Source: Planctomycetota bacterium (GTDB lineage Bacteria > Planctomycetota > MHYJ01 > JACPRB01). From it: a stretch of 64,000 bases of DNA. The translations under genes were made by a program, and so were the position numbers. How positions within the stretch are numbered: the first letter of the stretch is position 1; each line of letters starts with the position of its first letter. The stretch covers positions 2,231 through 66,230 of the forward strand of contig DATLZA010000060.1 of NCBI GenBank assembly GCA_035574235.1. The letters run 5' to 3'. Shown piece by piece: positions 5,876 through 12,770 of the stretch. The notes beneath the pieces are model-generated. The model was not told the origin of the DNA, did not search any database, and was given only the letters and a program-made list of their open reading frames with translations.

Positions 5876-6697
5876 TCACGGAGAGGGGAAAAATCCCAAG
5901 TACACGTTCGCCACCGCGAGGCCGTTGTGCACGAAATGGGCGAACATCGGCGGATAGAGGCTCCCCGACCGCTGCCGCAGCCATCCGAAGTACAGCCCGA
6001 GCGGCACGTGCGTGAAAAGCGAAAGCACCGAGAGGTGCAGAATCGCGAAGCCCACCGACGAGAGGACCAGCGCCTCCCCCTTCCCCACATACCTCTCCAG
6101 CACCCCATAGACCACACCGCGGAAGGCCACCTCCTCGAGGACAGGAGGAACGACACAGATCAAAAGAAAGACCCAGACGAAGCCCTCCTCCTGGAGCGAC
6201 AGCATCCTGTCCGCCGCCGGCAATCCGAACAGCGCCTGCATCCCGGAAACGAAGCCGCAGACGAAGGCGAAGACCACCGCTCCGACCGGCACGAGCGCCA
6301 AGTATCCCCGCAGGCCGAATCCCGGAGCGCTGAAGAGCCCTTCCAGCGCCCTTCGGTGGCGGCGCGCCGCGGCGGCCGTGGCCGCCCCCATGAGGACGTC
6401 GCCCGCCAGAAGCGCCCTTCCCTCCGTCCCCCCCAACCGCGCCACCAGAGCCGTCACGGCCTGCACGCCCAGGAGAACCGCGTAGAAAACGATAACGGTC
6501 CGGATCTCCCGCCACTCGACCTCCGCTCTCCGCAGGCGCTCGAGGAGCGTGTCCTCGACCCGGGGCGGCGGATCCCCCGTGCGATGCCCGCAGTGGGCGC
6601 AGAACAGCCCTCCGGGCTTCAGCGGATGCGCACAGGCGGCGCAAGCAACCGGCGGCGGGCCGGGTTCGGGATCCGACGCGTCCATCGACTCAGGCAA
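5876..6697 (-). CDS. CPBP-family intramembrane glutamic endopeptidase (CAAX protease / Abi family) with N-terminal zinc ribbon
   Basis: EEVAFRG motif, later FAILH and HFVHN motifs, and multiple TM segments. The N-terminus has CAACAH...CAHCGH. Confidence 0.75.
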   Translation of the reverse strand: MPESMDASDPEPGPPPVACAACAHPLKPGGLFCAHCGHRTGDPPPRVEDTLLERLRRAEVEWREIRTVIVFYAVLLGVQAVTALVARLGGTEGRALLAGDVLMGAATAAAARRHRRALEGLFSAPGFGLRGYLALVPVGAVVFAFVCGFVSGMQALFGLPAADRMLSLQEEGFVWVFLLICVVPPVLEEVAFRGVVYGVLERYVGKGEALVLSSVGFAILHLSVLSLFTHVPLGLYFGWLRQRSGSLYPPMFAHFVHNGLAVANVYLGFFPSP

Positions 6698-7307
6698 GCT
6701 CGCCGGAAATCCGGCGCGCGCGATACCCGGCCGAGACGGCCGTCAGCAGACCCCCGACGACGATGATCTTGATGAGGATTCCTTGGTAGAGGGTCTTGGG
6801 CTCCACGATCGCGCTCACGACCACCACGGTCAGGAAAATCAGAAGCGCGCTCAGCGCGGCCGCGAAAGCGTTCCGCCGGGCCCATATCCAGAGGCCGAAG
6901 TAGACGGCCGTCAACACGAGGTTCACGACCAGATTCGCCACAACCATGCGCCGGTCGTATTCCACGGCCTCCGCCCACGTCATGCCGATGCGCTCTTTCA
7001 TCACCCGGTCGCGCTCTTCGGGATCGATCCCCGCCATGGCGGCCTCGGCATTGCGGATCTGGGCCTCCACCTGAGACTTCTGGACCATGTAGATGACGAC
7101 GCCGCTCACCAGCGTCAGGATGGCCACCGCCAGAATATAGCGGCGCCCCTTCCGCGCCGCTTCAAGCTGTCGGCCCCCTTCTCGAAGAGCCTGCGCCCGA
7201 ACGGCGGCCTCCTCGAGCTCCTCCGGCGACGTTCCGACCCTGTGGCCGCACCGGGCGCAGAAGTTCTCACCCTCGGCGACCGCCGAACCGCATTCCGGAC
7301 AGTTCAT
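6690..7307 (-). CDS. Zinc-ribbon membrane protein, hypothetical
   Basis: Starts MNCPECGSAVAEGENFCARCGH, followed by a coiled segment and several TM helices. Start moved to the ATG at 7307. The 3' end overlaps the CPBP gene start by 8 nt. Confidence 0.6.
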   Translation of the reverse strand: MNCPECGSAVAEGENFCARCGHRVGTSPEELEEAAVRAQALREGGRQLEAARKGRRYILAVAILTLVSGVVIYMVQKSQVEAQIRNAEAAMAGIDPEERDRVMKERIGMTWAEAVEYDRRMVVANLVVNLVLTAVYFGLWIWARRNAFAAALSALLIFLTVVVVSAIVEPKTLYQGILIKIIVVGGLLTAVSAGYRARRISGELA

Positions 7308-7510
7308 GACCGGAATTCTATCCCGACGGAACCCCAACGGGTCGGAAAATCGTCGCACGTCCCCACCCCCGGACGAGCGAAGCGAACCCGGGGCGCTTGC
7401 CCAGGAGATCGGGAGCTCTTCGGGGGCGATGGCGCTCCGCGCCCCGAGGCACGGGGGGACGGAGGCTCCCGTCCACGGCGTCCCACCCTGCCGGCCGATT
7501 CCCCCCTCCC

Positions 7511-9181
7511 TTACGGCTTCTCAAGAAGAAGAAGATGGGCGTCGCGCCCTCCCCCGGGCTCCTTCTGAATCGCATTGAGCACCGGCGTGGGAGTGGCCTC
7601 CGGCTCATCGTCGCGCCCCTTCGTGCGGCCCACGACGACGATCCCCCGCCCCGTCGGCCAGAGGCGCGCATTCTCGTATCCGGGCAGGTAACTCGAGAAA
7701 AGGAGATTCTCGAACCCGGCGTCATAAACGACGACGCATTCCCCGCCGTACCCCCGCCCGCCGCCGGGATAACGGTAGAAGGCCCCCGGCGTCTGCACCA
7801 GGACCGAAGCCGCCGAACCCGCCACCGCCACCGCCCCGTCCGGACAAACCTGGATCTGCCGGATCCGGGCCCCGTTCGGAGACCCCGCCTTGCGGGCGTC
7901 GCTGAAATCAGCCGGAAAATAGGCGACCCAAAGAACGTGCGACTTCGCCTCGAGCGACGAACCGTCGATGCGGACGATGTGCGCCAGCGAATTGGCGCCC
8001 TTCATTCCGGAGCCGTCCATGCTCCACGGGGCCGGCGGCACGCCGCGCGCCGCGTCCGTCGGCTGACGCGCAAAAACGCTGTTCCCGCCGTCGGACCACC
8101 CGCCGACATAAAGATCCCCGTCCGGTCCCCGGTCGAGCGCCCGAACCGACGAGTCCGCCACAAGACCCTGCAATCCTGGGGTCACACCGTCCCGGAGACT
8201 CCGGGGCGCCCATTCCCAGAGCTTCCACACCCTGCGTCCTTCCCGATCGAACTTGTAAAGATACGGCTGCCTCCAGGGCTCCTTGCCGGTGTGCGTGTTC
8301 CGGTCGCCCCCGAAATAGGCCGATCCGTCATCCGGATCCACCGCCAACCAACGGGCCTGCCCTCCGCCGGCCATTTCGGAAAGACGCTTCCAGGAGGATC
8401 CGCCGGGAGCCACCTGAATCAACCCCCGCACGTCCGCGTACACGAAGCCCTCGCGATCCGTCCAGATTTCTTCCGGCGGACGCCCCGCTCCCTCGAAAAC
8501 CCAGGCCCACTCGGCCTTCCCTTCAAGGGACATCCGGCAGATGAAAACGTCCCCCGGACAGGACACCCCTTCGTACTCATAAGGCCCCGTCGTCCGTGAC
8601 GCGTTCTTTCCGGGCGGCTCGGACGCCGGGGGGACCGTCCGAACGGTCGGCGGAACGGCGCGGAAGGCGGCCGTCGCCCGCCCGGCCAGAAGAAAGGCGC
8701 GGCCGTCGGAACTCACCGTCGCCGCGCTCAAACTCGCCACCCCCCAGTCGAATCGAAACACCTTCCGCAGGTGCGAGGCATCCGGGGCGTAGAGCGCCAC
8801 CATGCCGGCGATGTCGGGATTCTCGGGACGCAGGAACGGGCGGCCCCGGGAATCCGTCCCGAAAGCCTTCAATCCCCTGTGTTCTCCCCGCCCCCACACG
8901 ACGGCCGGAACCGGAAACGAAGGACCCCACGCGTTCCCGAAGGCGACGATCGTGCCGTCCCCAAGAACCCGGACGGCGAAGAATTCTTCATCGGAGGGGC
9001 CGCCCAGATAGGTGGCGGCGACCGGCTTCATCTTGGGGCCGCGGCTCGCCCGCTCCGTATATCCCTCGAAGCGCCCCTTCCGGCGGACCTCCTGACCGGC
9101 CTGCGGGGCCGCAAAGGCGACCGCCGCCCCGAAAACCAAACATCCGATTCCGACCTGCCTCATGCGATCCCGTCTCCTCAT
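7511..9181 (-). CDS. Secreted beta-propeller-repeat (SBBP-like) protein, hypothetical
   Basis: A signal-peptide-like segment (MRQVGIGCLVFGAAVAFAAPQA) follows the internal ATGs at 9181 and 9163. Recurring GG.SD/GGD..G motifs, for example YLGGPSDEEFF and LYVGGWSDGGNSVF. The upstream part of the 671-aa ORF is Ser/Arg-rich and unlikely to be translated. Confidence 0.55.
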   Translation of the reverse strand: MRRRDRMRQVGIGCLVFGAAVAFAAPQAGQEVRRKGRFEGYTERASRGPKMKPVAATYLGGPSDEEFFAVRVLGDGTIVAFGNAWGPSFPVPAVVWGRGEHRGLKAFGTDSRGRPFLRPENPDIAGMVALYAPDASHLRKVFRFDWGVASLSAATVSSDGRAFLLAGRATAAFRAVPPTVRTVPPASEPPGKNASRTTGPYEYEGVSCPGDVFICRMSLEGKAEWAWVFEGAGRPPEEIWTDREGFVYADVRGLIQVAPGGSSWKRLSEMAGGGQARWLAVDPDDGSAYFGGDRNTHTGKEPWRQPYLYKFDREGRRVWKLWEWAPRSLRDGVTPGLQGLVADSSVRALDRGPDGDLYVGGWSDGGNSVFARQPTDAARGVPPAPWSMDGSGMKGANSLAHIVRIDGSSLEAKSHVLWVAYFPADFSDARKAGSPNGARIRQIQVCPDGAVAVAGSAASVLVQTPGAFYRYPGGGRGYGGECVVVYDAGFENLLFSSYLPGYENARLWPTGRGIVVVGRTKGRDDEPEATPTPVLNAIQKEPGGGRDAHLLLLEKP

Positions 9182-9440
9182 CGCCGCCCGAATCCGCCGG
9201 CGATCGCGATCGATGAACCCTCCTGAAGACTTCTCTAGGACGATATTCGGAGATCGCCGATTCCTGACAGGGAAACCGCGGAACGTCAGGGCGCAGGATA
9301 CCGTCGGCGCTGGCGCCGGAACCGCACGCGCCCGCAGGCCGGACACCGCCACTTCTCCTGCTTGTGCGGCCGGTGACGCTCGCACCGCATCTTCGCGCGA
9401 CATCGTGGACAAACCATCGGGCCCCCGTATAATGCCCCCC

Positions 9441-9836
9441 ATGGCCGACGCCGTCCGGGAGCTTCCCTCCGAGGAAAAAGTCCGCGAGCTGACCGCGAAA
9501 CCCGACCTCACCCCCGAAGAGGCCAACCGCTACGGCGACCTTTTCTTCGAAGCCGGCAAGTTTCCCCAGGCCATGATGTTCTACGAGCGCTCCCGCGATC
9601 CCGAACGGCTTGCCCGCGTCAAACGGCTCGCCGTCGAAAAGGGCGACGCCTTCCTCCTCCACGGCGTCACCCGCCTGGTCCCGGATCTGGTCAGCCCCGA
9701 GGAATGGAAAGCCGCCGGCGACCGCGCCTTCCAGGCCGGCAAGTTCCTCTTCGCCCGCGACTGCTATGAAAGGGCCGGCGACGCCGAACGCGCCCAGGCC
9801 GCCCGCGAGGCGTGGCTGAAGATCTTCGCGGCCTGA
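9441..9836 (+). CDS. Small hypothetical protein with TPR-like helical repeats
   Basis: MADAVRELPSEEKVRE...YGDLFFEAGKFPQAMMFYERS...AFQAGKFLFARDCYERAGD. TATAAT at 9428-9433 puts the predicted transcription start at about the ATG at 9441 (leaderless). The ATG at 9432 is the alternative. Confidence 0.5.
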   Translation: MADAVRELPSEEKVRELTAKPDLTPEEANRYGDLFFEAGKFPQAMMFYERSRDPERLARVKRLAVEKGDAFLLHGVTRLVPDLVSPEEWKAAGDRAFQAGKFLFARDCYERAGDAERAQAAREAWLKIFAA

Positions 9837-10652
9837 TCAGCCGTTGACGAGTTCCCCGGCCCGCCGGGCCGCCCGCACCACCGTCTTGATCAGCGTCACC
9901 CGCAGGCCCCCCGCCTCGAGCTCCAGCAGCCCGTCGATCGTGCAGCCCGCCGGCGTCGTCACCACGTCCTTGAGCTTGGCCGGATGCTCCCGGGTCTCCA
10001 GCACCATTCGCGCCGCCCCCAGCATGGTCTGCGCCGCCAGCTCCGTGGCGATCTCCCGCGGCAGCCCTGCCGCCACGCCGCCCTCCGCCAGCGACTCCAG
10101 CGCCACGTACATGAACGCCGGACCGCTCGCCGAAAGCCCCGTCACCGCGTCCATGTACTTCTCGTCCAGCACCAGCACCCGCCCGAGGGCCGAAAAAATC
10201 TCCTCCGCCAGCGCCAGATGCTCCCGCTTCGCGTGCCGCCCCGCGCAGATCCCCGTCATCCCCGCCCGCACCAGACACGGCGTGTTCGGCATCGTCCGGA
10301 TCACCGGCACCCCGTCGCCCAGCCCCCGCTCGATGAAGGCCGTCGTCACGCTCGCCGCGGTCGAAATCACCACCTGCCGGCGCCCCACCGCCTTGCGGAT
10401 CGCCCCCAGCACCTCCTTCATCGCCTGCGGCTTCACCGAAAGGATGATCACGTCTGCCTCGCGCGCCGCCGCCGCGTTGTCCGTGGTCATCCGGATCCCG
10501 TGGAGCTTCCCCTTTCGCTCGCACGTCTCCCGATGCTTGGCCGTCGCCACGACCTGCGACGGCGACACGACCTTCGCCTCGAGCAGAGCCTTGACGAGCG
10601 TCTCCCCCAGCTTCCCCATCCCGAGCACCGCGATCTTCTTCCTGCCGAGCAT
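9837..10652 (-). CDS. proC: Pyrroline-5-carboxylate reductase
   Basis: KIAVLGMGKLGETL NAD(P)-binding N-terminus, then RTMPNTP and SASGPAFMY...VTTPAGCTIDGL motifs typical of ProC. Confidence 0.9.
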   Translation of the reverse strand: MLGRKKIAVLGMGKLGETLVKALLEAKVVSPSQVVATAKHRETCERKGKLHGIRMTTDNAAAAREADVIILSVKPQAMKEVLGAIRKAVGRRQVVISTAASVTTAFIERGLGDGVPVIRTMPNTPCLVRAGMTGICAGRHAKREHLALAEEIFSALGRVLVLDEKYMDAVTGLSASGPAFMYVALESLAEGGVAAGLPREIATELAAQTMLGAARMVLETREHPAKLKDVVTTPAGCTIDGLLELEAGGLRVTLIKTVVRAARRAGELVNG

Positions 10653-10756
10653 CCTGCCCTCCGGTATTGGCGAGCGCCAAATCGTAGCACAACCCCCCCG
10701 CCCCGGGAAGGCCGGAGAACGCCGCGCCGGACCCGCAGTATAATAATCAGCCCCCC

Positions 10757-12733
10757 ATGAACGCGAAGCCGCTGGCCGCCGGAGCCGTCGCCGTCCTCCT
10801 GGCCGGGTGCCCCTCCCCTTCGCCCGCGCCGGCGCCCGCCGCGCCCCCCGGCTTTCACCAGCCCGATCCCGTCCTCCTCCCCAATCTCTTCCTTTGGACC
10901 GACACCTGCAACGTCTGGATCCTTCGGGACGGCGAAAACGCCCTCCTCATCGATCTCGGAGACGGAAGCGTTCTCGACCGCCTCGGCGAGATCGGCGTCC
11001 GAAACGTGGAATGGGTCCTTTTCACCCACCACCATCGCGAACAGGTCCAGGGCGCCCCCCGCCTGCGCGGTCGGGGCGCACGCCTCGCGGGCCCCGAAGC
11101 CGAACGCGAGCTCTTCGAACAGCCCGCCACGTTCCGCCGCATGAACGTGCGCCTCGGCGACCGGTACACCGTCCACGGCTCCAGCTACGTCCGCCCCCCG
11201 GTCGAGCCCATCCCCCTCGACCGCGGCCTGCGGCGCATGGATACCTTCTCCTGGCGCGGCCGCGAATTCTGGTGCCTGGAAACCCGCGGCAACAGCCCCG
11301 GCGCTCTGTCGTACCTCCTCCGCGAAAACGGCCGCTGGCTGGCCTTCTCCGGCGACGTCATGCTCGAGGGCGCCCGCCTGCACACCTGGTTCGACTCCGA
11401 ATGGGACTACGGCTTCGCCGCCGGCCTCCACGCCCTGGCGGGATCGGCCGCGCTCCTGGAGGGATTCCAGCCCGCGTGGCTCCTGCCCTCCCACGGGCCC
11501 CCCGTCCCCGAGCCCGCCTCCCAGCTCGTGGAGTTCCAGAAGAAGCTGCGGCGCCTCGAGCGACTCCTCGTCCGCGGCTACGACGTCCACACGTTTTCCG
11601 CCGTCCACCAGGATCGCGTCTCCCGCCCCGCGGCCGTCCCCCACCTCTGGCGGACGCTTCCCCATCTCTACAAACTCCGAGGACCCAACTTCTTTCCCAA
11701 CTTCAACGTCATCCTCTCCGACCAGGGCCGCGCCCTCCTTTCCGACTGCGGCCTTCTCGACGAAGCTCTCCTCGACCGCACGCTCGAGGGGATGCGCGGG
11801 ACGCTCGGCCTGAAGGCGATCGACGCCGTCATCGTTTCCCACATGCACGGCGATCACTTCCTCCAGGCGCCCTATCTCCGCAAGAAATACGGCGCCCGGA
11901 TTTGGGCCCTGGACCGAATGGGCCCCGTCTGCGAGCGCCCCGAACACTTCGACTACGCCGCGCCCATCCAGGCCTATGGGCACAAACTCGACGGACAGCC
12001 GATCGAACGCGTCTCTTTCGACCGACTCTTCCGCGACGGCGAAAGCTTCGAGTGGGAGGGCTTCCGGTTCACGATCGACTGGATGCCCGGCCAGACCGAG
12101 TTCGCCCTCGCGCTCCGGGGCGTCATCGACGGGAAAACCGTGGTCTTCACGGGAGACAACATCTTCGGCGATCCGGACAACCCCGACCACACCGGACACG
12201 AAGCGGTCGTCGCCCGCAACAGCTCGGTCCTCGAAGAAGGCTACATTCTCGGCGCCGAATACCTCCGCCGCGTGAAGCCGGATCTCCTCGTGGGAGGGCA
12301 CTCCTACGTCATGGATCGCCCCACCGCCCTCATCGAACGATATCGCCGATGGGCCTACGCCCTGCGCGACGCCTTCCGCGAAACGCTCGCCGGCGACGAC
12401 TACCGGTACGCCTACGACCCGTTTTGGGTCCGGGCGGAACCCTACCGGGTGCGGCTCCGCCCCGGAGGATCCGCCGAAATCGCGCTTCATGTGCGCAACT
12501 TCCGAACCCGCCCGCAGCGGCACCGCATCGTTCCTCACGCACCGCCGGAACTTTTCACGGAACCCCGCGTCCTCGAAGGGGAACTTGCGGCCGAATCGCG
12601 CCGCCCCTTCCCCCTCCGCGTGCACGCCTCTCCCGAGGCCTCCCCCGGCGTCCGCCTCGTGGCCTTCGACGTGACCCTCGACGGCCGCCGGTACGGCCCA
12701 TGGTTCGATGTCATCGTCGAGATCCGCCCCTGA
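10757..12733 (+). CDS. MBL-fold metallo-hydrolase lipoprotein (two beta-lactamase-fold regions)
   Basis: Lipobox LLAGC at the N-terminus. Canonical HxHxDH (VSHMHGDHF) in the second half and a degenerate FTHHHREQ in the first. Confidence 0.7.
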   Translation: MNAKPLAAGAVAVLLAGCPSPSPAPAPAAPPGFHQPDPVLLPNLFLWTDTCNVWILRDGENALLIDLGDGSVLDRLGEIGVRNVEWVLFTHHHREQVQGAPRLRGRGARLAGPEAERELFEQPATFRRMNVRLGDRYTVHGSSYVRPPVEPIPLDRGLRRMDTFSWRGREFWCLETRGNSPGALSYLLRENGRWLAFSGDVMLEGARLHTWFDSEWDYGFAAGLHALAGSAALLEGFQPAWLLPSHGPPVPEPASQLVEFQKKLRRLERLLVRGYDVHTFSAVHQDRVSRPAAVPHLWRTLPHLYKLRGPNFFPNFNVILSDQGRALLSDCGLLDEALLDRTLEGMRGTLGLKAIDAVIVSHMHGDHFLQAPYLRKKYGARIWALDRMGPVCERPEHFDYAAPIQAYGHKLDGQPIERVSFDRLFRDGESFEWEGFRFTIDWMPGQTEFALALRGVIDGKTVVFTGDNIFGDPDNPDHTGHEAVVARNSSVLEEGYILGAEYLRRVKPDLLVGGHSYVMDRPTALIERYRRWAYALRDAFRETLAGDDYRYAYDPFWVRAEPYRVRLRPGGSAEIALHVRNFRTRPQRHRIVPHAPPELFTEPRVLEGELAAESRRPFPLRVHASPEASPGVRLVAFDVTLDGRRYGPWFDVIVEIRP

Positions 12734-12770
12734 CGCACGATCCTGGACCCCGCCGGAGGGCCGATCTATC

